Positions 53,370 through 64,000 of a DNA stretch of 64,000 nucleotides are shown piece after piece. The stretch lies in the NCBI GenBank assembly GCA_050575255.1, contig JBNZDD010013687.1, positions 1,462,751 to 1,526,750 of the forward strand, in the 5' to 3' direction. The DNA is from Harriotta raleighana. Taxonomy: Eukaryota. The stretch's first letter is position 1. Every line of letters starts with the position of its first letter. The translations under genes were made by a program, and so were the position numbers. The notes below the pieces were generated by a model. That model saw only the letters and a program-made list of their open reading frames with translations, did not search any database and was not told the origin of the DNA.

Positions 53370-55277
53370 TCACAGATGGCGAATCTGAAGGGAATGGAGC
53401 GTACCCATGAACACCACTGTTGGTGTGACAATTCATTCTAGTGAATCCTTCAGTAAACTTTACTCATCGGTGAACCACAAAATCATTGTTTAGAGTATTA
53501 AATCAAACAGATATAGTACCTTTCTAATATTGCAGAAGAAATATTTTTTTTAACCAAAAACCTTTCTCACTGAAAGCTTATGCATCACTTTCCCTGCTCA
53601 ATCTCTTTCTGTTCAAAGCTGGAAAGCAACAACCTCTTCACAATTAAGAAAAGTAAATGAAAACCATGTGCTGCAACATGACCCTATGTCCTTACTTTCC
53701 GTTTTCAGAGTATTCTTACATATGTGTTGTGCTCTTATCCCTTGGGTCCTGAATTTCTTAATATATGCATGTATAATGTGACCTCTCTTGTGTAAACTAA
53801 TTTGTCTAAAAATGTTGTTTAAAAATTGTACTTTAGTTCAAGTTTAATTTGTTAAGTTAATCTTCGTACTAAACCTATTAATGTGACAATATCATTCATG
53901 GGTTTTAAAATGTCACACGTTTGCTTGCACTGCATTGAGATTGCATTATGTTTAAAGAAAATAAATAGTTTTTAAATTCACCATAATTCAGCATTAGCCA
54001 ATGTATGAAATATATTACTCTAATAGAGTGCAAAACTTTAAATCAAATCTCACTTTATCACATATGTTTATAACCATCTCCCCAACAACACAAAATGCAG
54101 AATATAAGTCAGATCTTCCAATAATTGGAGAGATTGGTGTTTTAGTCGTAATATAATGCACTAATTCATGACATGTGTATTAATCTATAGATAGAAAATG
54201 TTTACTTGTTCATTTCAATGGATATTTTATTGCTGTCAGTGAACACATGTCACTGCAGGCTACAGATGTTGTAACCTTTTCATAGACAACAAATGGAAGA
54301 TTTTAAATTCATAACTTGGGTCACTTTTAATGTTATATTGAATCATGATTGAATCAAATCTTATATTTTACCAATAGATATTAATATGTAATATGTAGGA
54401 ATCTCATATCACAAACCTGCACAACCTATGTGAACAGAGATGGGGCTGTTTCCAATTGAAGTCCGAGCTTGGTCAGAATAGACTGCTGAAATCTTGACAT
54501 TTTCTTCACTCACTCTATTAACAGCAGAGATGGCAATCAAGTGTTCAGTGTCCTATTAAATGTGAAGTACTGATTACTTCTAATATTTATTTCAAGGCGC
54601 TTACAAATGAGCCAGACTTGTATATTTGAATATGCCAGTATTGAATATTGCACGGTGAAATTATATATTAATTAAATAAAACATTTGATCGTAGGCTTCC
54701 AGAAAGATTCCAATTCATGATAATGTACATTTAATTTAATATATGAATAATGCTTGCTGGTGTAACCCATTCTGGGAATGTTCATGGATGATCTCCTCAT
54801 CAACACAGTCCAAAGTATTGCATATCACAGGTAGGTACCCATCTTTTTTTTTTAAAAATCACAATATATAGATCGGTTGAAATATATGAATTGAACTGAT
54901 CGTGTTGGGCTGTGGTATAAACATGCTAAATCAAAAAATAATGACTAAATCTCGCTGTACAACTTCAACGACAATGCTTGTGAGATTACAAAGAGTCTAA
55001 CTCTTTCTTCTGATATTGTACTTTTACACTCCAGCCCGATTTTATTGCACAATTCTCATTGTCCATTGTGAAAAATAACCTAATTTGGATTTAATGTGTG
55101 CAGAGTTGCAACACTTGCACATTCACCATTACGCTCTAGCTGGCGAATTCAGACCTTATTGCCCATACAATACACCAGAGAGCTGTTTGCAGCATTATTT
55201 ACTCGTTAAAACTTTTTTTTTTTTGGGTGGGGGGAGAACATTTCCAGAGTGGACACCAAATTGATTCTCTCCTCCGG

Positions 55278-55296
55278 CATTCATTCATTCATTCAT
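55278..55296. repeat. (CATT)n microsatellite / YCAY cluster
   Basis: CATTCATTCATTCATTCAT. Confidence 0.9.
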
Positions 55297-55298
55297 AC

Positions 55299-55414
55299 CG
55301 CACTTTTCCGGCAAAACCAGTTCCTCAAGGTGGTTTCAACGGCTGTCTCCAGTGTGATTAACGGTCAGATTGTGGACCTTAAACCTGATTTATATTGCAT
55401 TTTTAGCATTGTTT
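55299..55414 (-). other. Candidate 116-nt exon with stops in all three frames (non-coding, UTR or poison exon)
   Basis: Acceptor ACTGGCGCAG|AAA preceded by ~265 nt of UC/UG-rich sequence with only two AGs and a TGCATG; donor GCG|GTATGA. Confidence 0.4.
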
Positions 55415-55956
55415 CTGCGCCAGTTTGTACCCAATTGATACGGAAAGCCCGGTATAAATAGAGCATAATAAAATAAATGAGTTCGCATGAAGGACACAAT
55501 AAGGACATAAACATAGAGGCGTACAAACACAGACTCCCACACAGCTGACAGGTATATGGACACAGCCAACCAGCCAACAAAGAGAGACATGCACAGACAA
55601 AAGGCAGATACAGTTACATGGACAAAGAACGGGGGGGAAGAAAGGAGGAACGAAGACGCACAAAAAAGGCAGCACAAGGACACCTGTCATCAATAAGTTA
55701 GCGTTTCATCTCTGAACGGTGGAACTGACTGTCAGTGGACGGGATAGCCGGAAGGCTGGCAGAATATTGTGGACGAGGGAGGGCAGGTAGCTGTGGTCTG
55801 TGCTGTGTTGGGAGCCTACAAGCAGGGACCACTCGCGCAAATCCATTGCTCAGACATGGGCGCATTAAATCAACGTGCATTTCCCCAGCCACACGTTTAC
55901 CCCTTGCCCATAAGCGCGACTCTGTTCTGCAACCTGCGTGTAACGTGTTTGCTTTG

Positions 55957-55957
<1 letters not shown>

Positions 55958-55988
<31 letters not shown>

Positions 55989-55990
55989 CA
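55958..55990. repeat. (TA)n/(CA)n microsatellite; others at 56506-56562, 59322-59343 and 62746-62761
   Basis: Seen directly. Confidence 0.9.
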
Positions 55991-56839
55991 GTAATGTATA
56001 TATAAATTCCACTCCCCCTGTCACCGGGACCAGTTGGTCTGGGTCACCCAGAGCCTTCTCGCCACTCCCTGGGGAGACAGCGACTGCTTCCCCCACCCCA
56101 GCCTCCCCTCCCTCCCCGGGAATCCCCCGAGACCCCCACCCCCGGCGACTCCCGGGCGGGGCACTCGGTATATATGCCTCACTCACTCACTCCCTCCCTC
56201 TCCTCTGCTCAGCTCATTAATCTGGTCACATTTCACCCCAGGTGTTTATTAACAGAAATACTGACTCCCTTGAACCCCCCCCCCCGCTATCCCTCCCTCC
56301 CCTCCCCCCCCCCACCCCATCCCCAAACACACACACACACACTTTTTTTAATTTAAAAAATTCGTATTTGTTTTTTTTCTTAGAAAACAAGAACAATCGC
56401 TACAATAGGTGAGAAAATACATTTGTTTTACTGAAATATTTGGGGAAATACATACAAATCCAACGGCTGCAGTTAGAGGTACCATCACTTAACTCTCTCC
56501 CCGCCACACACAAACACACATATACACACACATACATACACACACACAAACACACACACACAAATACAAGCCCGCGTACACTAATTGTGATCAAGGACAT
56601 TAATTAGTTGTGATTGAGAACATAAAACCCTATCAGGCTGAAACTGGTCGGGGGAACAGCCCCAACAAGTCAGCTCACAGGTTCCTCGGACCAGATGTGG
56701 TGATCAGAAAATGCTCCCGATATATTAGGTCGAAAAGTAAGCAAATAAAATGCCACTGTCACACTTCAGTGGAAGTGAAGGCTCGGCCCCTTGCAGTGGC
56801 TGGCTGGCTGGTATGCCACTGGGAGCTGGGTTTGCTTAC

Positions 56840-56877
56840 TTCACCAAAGAATTGACGAATTTGAGTCCGGAGTCTCT
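56840..56877 (-). other. Candidate 38-nt exon, or the 3' end of a first exon
   Basis: TCCTCCAG|AGAGACTCC...TTTGGTGAA|GTAAGC; good donor, weak pyrimidine tract. Confidence 0.3.
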
Positions 56878-57012
56878 CTGGAGGATCACACACACAATCC
56901 CTGTGTTTTTTTAATTGTTAATTCATCTGATCCTATTTCGAATGTCTTGTCAGATGCGCTAAACGACCAGTAATATTTGGTGGTGGTGGGAGGAGGGGGG
57001 GGGGGGGGGGGG

Positions 57013-57017
57013 NNNNN
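57013..57017. other. Ambiguous bases (5 N) inside a long poly-G tract
   Basis: G-run, NNNNN, G-run across 56995-57049; the true homopolymer length is unreliable. Confidence 1.
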
Positions 57018-57050
<33 letters not shown>

Positions 57051-58948
57051 GAGAAAAAAACCCCACTTGCTACTTATTGAAACCCCCATGCGAATATTAG
57101 TCTACTTTATTTAACCAGGAAACATTTATCCTCTGTCAATTTATCATAACTGTTAGGGTGTGTGTGTGAATGTATGTGTGTGTGCACACGCGATAATGTA
57201 TTCACTAATTTTATACCGATAGAAAAGGGGGGTGGGGGGCGGGGTAAAACTGACTGCGACCCACAGCTAGTTGTTTAGTTGGAAATAATAAGGGATTAGA
57301 TAAGGAGCATTAAAATATTACACCACTGTGGATGAAAGAGGATCGAAACGCAAAGGACGTGCGTTTGTAATAAGACAGGACAGGGTATTTAGTCTCACTG
57401 TAACACACACATTACACACACACACACACATTCAACTCGTTCAACTAGAAGCTGGACTCTCACTTGTGAAACAAGGTCCAGAAATGTTTTTTTTTATCAC
57501 ATCAGGTTCATGAGAAAGCGATTTGACTGTCGGGGGGAGGGGGTGAGGGGGGGGGGGAGGGGGGAGCACACCTCATCAAAAAATAATACAATTTGTCATA
57601 AACTCTCTGGGTTTTTTTTCCTCCGCTTTAATCAACACAAACCAATATAATTCTCATACACTTCCAATAAGCATAATCTCTTGGTGTGTTATTAGCTGTC
57701 ATGGCTGGGTGGGGCTGGGTGGGGGCGGGGGGGGGGGTTGTGTGGGGGTGGGAGGGGTGTTGATCGAAATTTCTTGTTCCATTTGTAAACATTGTTACTT
57801 GTGTTCAACTGTTCAATTGGGAGAATAAATTGGGAAAACAGCGATGATTTTTTTTAGTTACAGTATCAAGCGCACTGAAGCCGAATGGGCAAAAATGCTT
57901 CTCTTGAATTTGTATTCGTCTAACGAAACTGCTATTGCGCTGGACGCAGCGCATTCTTCCTTTAATCGTTGGTACCTTCGCAGAACTGAAGAGCAGTTGG
58001 TATCTCTTATGTTTTTTCACAAACCGCGACGCCTTAAAACACTTGCAAAGTTGCACAAATGTCAAGGGAACGTAACAAAGTTTGCAAAGAACAGCCATGG
58101 GGGGTGGAAGTGGGGGTGGGTTGGGGGAGATCTATCAACGAATTACTTACTGTACATGATTAAAATGATAGTTGTTATTTAGACAACTAACATTTTCAAC
58201 GTTGAGAGCCTTGTTGTAGCGTTGATTTCATTCAGTTCGTGCGTTTTGTCAGTTTGTTGAACTAAAGGAAAATCAGGGAAAGCAACAGAAGTTTGGGTGA
58301 ACTGTGGAACACACCGAGAGATTGACTTGCCGAGTTTTTTTTTATTCATTCAATAATTAAATCAATACTAAATGTCGATGTGTAATTGAAAAATGATCAT
58401 CGATCAAAATATCTCGAAGGGGTTACGGTGGGGTGGTGGTGGGACCGGGGGGGGGGGGGCAACAAAATTAGAATATCAAGCATTTGACTTACTGATTTAA
58501 AAAAATTATTTCGATATTTTATTCTGCATTGGATGCTGCAAATGAAGGACGAAACGTTTTGCTTTTTGGGGGGGGGGGGGTGCGGGAGGGAGGGAAGGCG
58601 GGGGGGGTGCACACACGAATATGACACTTTGGGCAATTCAATCAATCGATACAGTTACCGTTCATGGATGGGTCTGTTCGAATCGATCCTCACTGGGCTT
58701 ACAGATTCAATGTGATCTATTTTTTTTTGCTGATGTAATATTAAGGAGCAAACAAACAAAAAAAGGAGGTGATTGGGATTTTCCGGCAGATCGTTACTGA
58801 TGGGTTGGTATCTGTGAAAGGCGGAGGTGGGGTGGGGCGAGTCGCTTTGCGACCCGCTTGCCTAAGACGAATAGCGTTGGACAGGACAGTGGCAAGAAGG
58901 TCGTGGCTATTAACTTAAGTACAGCATCCGAACTCCACTTAAACTTAC

Positions 58949-58966
58949 CCAATTACACCTAATGAT
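58949..58966 (-). other. Candidate 18-nt microexon
   Basis: TTTTTCCCCTGCAG|ATCATTAGGTGTAATTGG|GTAAGT; consensus acceptor and donor, length a multiple of 3. Confidence 0.35.
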
Positions 58967-60784
58967 CTGCAGGGGAAAAACTCGCCCGTGACCTGACCTT
59001 CACAATACAACAGTTCATACATACAGTGCCTTATGGTTTAGTCAACAACCGCGCATTCCTTCGCATTATTGCTTTTAATGATTTATTTTCGTGCTGTGTT
59101 TTTCCTCCTCTGTCGGAAACTGGAATACTGTATTCCCTCCCCCACCCTCCCTTTACAGTGAGGGTTTTCCAGGTAGAACAAGAGCCCCAGACCTGTCGTT
59201 TGCTGCCATGTCTTTCGTTTATACCCTGAGAATGGTAGTTATTCTCCTGGTTTAGATTGCCTAGAGAAAGGGGGACAAAAATCTGTTTTAAAAAGACAGT
59301 TTACGTGGAACCACACACATCTATATATATATATATATATATATCTTTTTTTTTAAACTTAATGAACGCAAAATGTACATGAAAATGAAATTTCCAATGA
59401 CAGATCTTCAATTGGTATCAGCTATTTCCGCATCATTGTAAAATAATGATTGATTCCGCACTTTGAATACCATGTCTAATTAAATTTACTTTAATCACCT
59501 CCTAACTTTATGAAAACGATAAAGGAAATGAAAACACAAGGCTGTGCAGTTTATAGATAAATGTCAGCCTTTTCAGTTTACCCAAATCTACCATTTTTTT
59601 TTGAAATTCGACATTTGGGGATGATTTTCCACGCTTTGTGTGTAATATTTTAGTCCAGTGATATTCAATTGCTCAAAGTCACATTAACAGCTAAATGGGA
59701 GTTAACAAGTGAATAATTATAATTAATGCAAAATTAATTTTCATCGGTGCTTGGAAAGATCAAGCAATCCCAACACTAGCCATCCTTGTGAGTTCGCCTA
59801 ACAGTATAAATGCAACAGAATCCAAAATGAGCCAGGAACAAGCTGCCTTGCCCAGCATCATGGAAGGAGTGCAAGGAATGTTAGCCAACAATCATTCTCT
59901 TAAAATTCTCTACCTCCAACTCTCTCTCTCTCTCAGATATATAGGCACAAAATCAGCACGGTTTATTTTTCTTTAAATCGTTTCTCCCCCCCCCCACCCC
60001 TCTCATGCATTTGCTGCGCGGTTGAGTGTGTGAAGCGAGAGACTAATTATTCGCTACTGTGAATAAAATCGCGAAAAGCTGCATCTTTAACATCCCGCCT
60101 CTTCAGGGGAGTCTCCGCACAGAAAGGGGAGAGGGAAAGCGAGAGACCATCGGAAATTGCTTCTTGTTTTAACAAAACAGTCCACCGGTAACTGCTTTCA
60201 GCAAGGACCCAGAGTGGGTGACAATTTTTTTTGAGGAGGGGGGGGGGGGGGAAACTTTGCATTTCATTACATCAACCCACCTAGCTTTAAAAATCTCGTA
60301 AAAATAAATAACTTTACTGAAAAATAATGCACGATGCACTGGTAGGTACAACAGAAAGGAATCACCAAAACGACTGCACTAGTATGTCAATGTGACTATT
60401 GTAGTGGAGTAAATTAGTGTTCTTTTTGGATGGGATTAAATAAAAGGTTATATCCACCAAATATCGAAAGACTGGAATTTATTACTGGACTATTATAACA
60501 AAAATGTCTATAAAGATTTGCCCATTGCTTTGTTACACTGCGCACTAATTGCCTTTTCAAATTAACCTGGTTTGGTGGTTCTAATCCTGGGATAATTGCA
60601 ATGGAAACACGTTTTAATGACACTCATTAAATGATTCCACTACTTATAAACAAGATGAGCTGGTGTTTAAGAAGCACAGAAGCATAGTCTATTAACATCT
60701 AAAATAACTACCTCGATCCACAATTTTGATTTTCTGTTTACTTTGTTCTGCTTAATGTAATTACATTTCTCTCAAAAATCGTCA

Positions 60785-60811
60785 TCTCGCTTTTCTCTCG
60801 TGTAGGTAAGC
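60785..60811 (+). other. Juxtaposed 3'/5' splice-site motif (recursive-splice-like)
   Basis: TCTCGCTTTTCTCTCGTGTAG|GTAAGC. Confidence 0.3.
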
Positions 60812-63800
60812 GTGGGTGGATATAAAAGAATTCACACAAGGGGACAAAATGGTTTTCTTTATTAATATGAATTTGCTATGAACGGTGCTCCAGCTACAAC
60901 AAAAAATAATGCAACATAGTATATGTTCTAATACGGATTAATCCTTAGTAATCACGCTTCTTCAAACTGTTTCATATATATATGTAATCGCATGTGTGGA
61001 GATGCTTGTTCGAGACCATACACCGTCCTGTATTTTTTTAACAACAGCAGCAGCGGTGATTAAGAAGTTATCGGTAGTGACCTCCAAATTCCTTGCCCAT
61101 AATCTCCTTTAAAAGCATCTAACCAGGCGGCGCTCAAAATCATTTTTTTTTTGGGGGGGGGTCTTCTAAGAATGCGCTAAAAAGGAAATAAACACCGGCA
61201 ATTCGCTTCTGATAATTTAGCAGATAACCAGCCACATCTGACCCCCGCTAAACAAGACATATTAACCTGGAAATCTATTAATTTGGTGAGATTAAACCTA
61301 TTTGAAGACCACGATTGCGCAGGAATGACCAAGTACTTATACTCCCCCATTCTGGACACACTTTCTGCATGTCCATCTGTAAACTTTACTTTCCATAATG
61401 AAATCGACTCGATCTCCTTTTAAAACCTGATAATGTTGGACGCGGCGATATCAAAAGATGTTTTTTTGAGGGGCTGGAAATAGATTATGTTACCACAATT
61501 TAATCTGCTCGTTTAAAAATTGACGGCTGACCTCGACTATTTGGCAAATAAACTTTGCATAGATACACAGTTCTGGATGGTGTGCATCAGAAATGCAATA
61601 TTTATAAGCAATCGGATTGCTACATGCAACCCCGCCAGATAGCGCTAAAGGGCTGTCTAAGAGATGCTTTCAAATTAACTTCTCTCCGACCAGGCAGAAC
61701 ATCTGCAGAAAGTTCGCGTAGCTTGTTTCTTTTATATATCAGAGCGAGATTGTGGTGGGATATATAGGTATTCGGATAAGTTTGATAACAGTGTATGGAA
61801 GGATTTACAGGTAACTATGTTAAACAGGACGTCGGCTGCAAAGACTACCTTCGGGCTGTATTTATACAGGGGTCAGGAAAAGTTCAACATAAATCGGCTT
61901 CAACTATTTTCCCCCTTTTGGAGGGGGAGGGGGGAGTGAAGGGAGGGTTCTGTGAAAATAAGTGTACAATATGTAAATCGAAAAATTACGATAATTAAAT
62001 TCTGATATATAAAAAAAGAAACGAACCGTTGGCAAAATAGACACTGAGGTAAATTATTATTCGGTTTTAAAAAGCACATCTTATCTGAAAATCACAAAAC
62101 TAAAGCGGGTGGCTAAACTTTTAATTGCCGCTGTTTGCGAATCATTTACGTAAACCGAAGAAACAGAAAGAAATATACAAACAAACTGAGAATACAAAAA
62201 AAAACTGAATTAAACAAATCTATTTTCGCCTCGGTGAATTCAAATTCAGTTGTTAAAATACGGTTGCGATTGTTTCAAAATTGTTACAATGGTATTTATA
62301 ATGCTCTGCATTTGTACCGTATATTGCCTTTCTCCATCACTCCATCACTAAGTTCGAATTATCTTTATTTTAAAACGTCTTTTAACATTTAATCTTTTTA
62401 CATTTGTGTTCATTACACCTTAACTTTTCACTTAAGTTTGAGGTGTTTACTAATTTTCTCTTCGTTTTGACTATAAACATTATTGAGGGGGAAAAAGAAA
62501 GCTGTTTAATTTATACATTGTCTGCACTCATTACCAAAAGTTTAAACTAAAAAAAAACTAATGTCAAAAGTTAGTTGCATTGGCTTTTCTTTGTAACGAG
62601 AGAACCTTAAATAAAATTTAAAAGCTGTTAAGATTGCTAAAAGCTTGAATAAACGCGCGATTAAAGGTATCGTGAACATGTGCATATCTTCTAACAAAAG
62701 ATTCCGTATTAGTGAATTAGGACGCAGCCACAGCGTTTCATATGTATATATATATATATATTAAAAAGTACCTCCACTGTTGGAAATAACACACATATTG
62801 AAGAGGGCGAGGCTCGTCGTTGGCCGTTTTGCGAGTGAATTTAAGGAAGTTTTGATACATTTACCATTTCGTTGGGTGCACTTGTAGTTCCGACAACAAT
62901 GGGATCCTCAGCCCTCTGATTGTCTTAGTAGTGTTTTTCTTGAAACAGATACTGAACTCTTAATGAATCTCAACACAGCTGGACTACTCAGACTGAACAC
63001 TGATAGCTCTAACCCGAAGTTGACCCCAATTTGACACCAGAAGATGAAATTTTACCGGCTGTTAAAGCAATCTTCGGCCAGTCCCTACTATCTGCTTGTT
63101 GATGGAGATGCACTGCATAACCGGACACAGATTTGCATTGTTTGAACAGAGCTATTTGATTCCAGTCTTTTTATTCAAACCTCATAATAAAAGGCCGCAT
63201 TTTGGTATCAAATCTTCAAAGAGAAAAAGACACTTCTGTGGCTATGTACAAACCGCAATCTTGAAAACATTAGTTTTTTTCTTTCTCTCTCCCCCCACCA
63301 CCCCCGCCCGCCCCCCCACACACCCAACCCCCCCGCCAAAAAAAATTGTTTAAATGAAACCCATCAAGCGTTTTCTTAGAGAGAAAGCAATTCAAAGTTT
63401 TGTAAGAAACGTAAGTTTTAATATATTCTGGATTAAGTTGTTACAAAAAAACTAGCTGGATAGCAAGGAATTAATCTGGTATCGCCGTCAAACGTTAAAT
63501 GATATCAAGCGAGGCACGTTGCAGAAATGTAATTCAAGAGCTAAAGCCTGTATATTTGAATTCTATTATTTTACAGCCACCCATTGTGAATCTTTAGAAA
63601 AAAAACGTGAGACCTCTTTTTACTTTAAAGCAGTTCCGTATTGTGTAAGAAATCAAACGCAAACGTTTTTCAAGTTTATTTAGATCAGCTAAGTATTCTT
63701 TCATTGAATAAGGGAGGACCCAGTCTTTCAACACGAATGACGCCTTATAATAAACACAAATCCTTTGTTTTACAATAATGTGAGCCATCCCTTTCTTTGG

Positions 63801-64000
63801 GGGCAAATAAACTTTCTGTGCCTCGACACGAAAACTAAATGTGAATTCAGTGTCAAGTTAGATATTAGCATCTAGTTAATTTTAGACCTGCATTAATACG
63901 TTTATTATTTCCGGGGAGAATAACATATGAAATTTGCCGATATAGAAGATCAAATATCTCGCAATGTAACTCCATGGATATATATTATATGCCTTTATAG

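Larger units (their letters stand above)
55000..64000. promoter_or_regulatory. CpG-retaining, transposon-poor regulatory domain (CpG-island-like core ~55700-56300)
   Basis: Visible rise in CG dinucleotides, near absence of the SINE and L2 tails found every few kb upstream, many G/C homopolymers. Judged by eye, not counted. Confidence 0.6.

Noticed and set aside
55698-56220. Longest ORFs in the track (162 aa on minus, 161 aa on plus)
   Set aside because: They overlap each other, run through a (TA)n microsatellite and C/G tracts, and give low-complexity P/G/R-rich peptides with no recognisable domain; expected by chance in GC-rich DNA.
57844-58182. 112-aa ORF
   Set aside because: No recognisable homology or splice context; ends in G-tract-derived low-complexity residues.
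60929-60940. TAATACGGATTA, resembling the miR-137 precursor loop
   Set aside because: Neither mature arm (TTATTGCTTAAGAATACGCGTAG) is present. I recognised no known mature miRNA in the window, though this was by eye only.
62873-62892. Minus-strand GGAACTACAAGTGCACCCA, ZNF143/THAP11-like ACTACA motif
   Set aside because: Only the first half of the ACTACAnnTCCCA consensus is present and the spacing is wrong.

Overview
AT-rich, non-coding vertebrate genomic DNA. The repeat complement (tRNA-headed SINEs with Deu-like cores and L2-type tails, L2 and CR1 LINE fragments, a Penelope-type hammerhead repeat, an LF-SINE-like copy) points to a cartilaginous fish, most resembling a chimaera such as Callorhinchus milii. 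This is inferred from recalled repeat families, not from a search. I recognise no protein-coding gene and none of the supplied ORFs is credible. Bases 1-5742 appear identical to 12981-18722 and the first copy stops exactly at a 10-N gap, so this is probably an uncollapsed assembly overlap. From 1 to ~55 kb the DNA is CpG-poor and full of old retroposon fragments. It also holds several repeat-free, enhancer-like blocks and one well-formed 30-nt microexon candidate. From ~55 kb to the end it becomes CpG-rich, almost transposon-free and full of G/C homopolymer tracts, like an unmethylated regulatory domain beside a developmental or neural gene. That domain contains three minus-strand exon-like segments (18, 38 and 116 nt) and a plus-strand AG|GTAAG recursive-splice-like site. 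All exon calls rest on motifs alone and need RNA-seq or conservation data.
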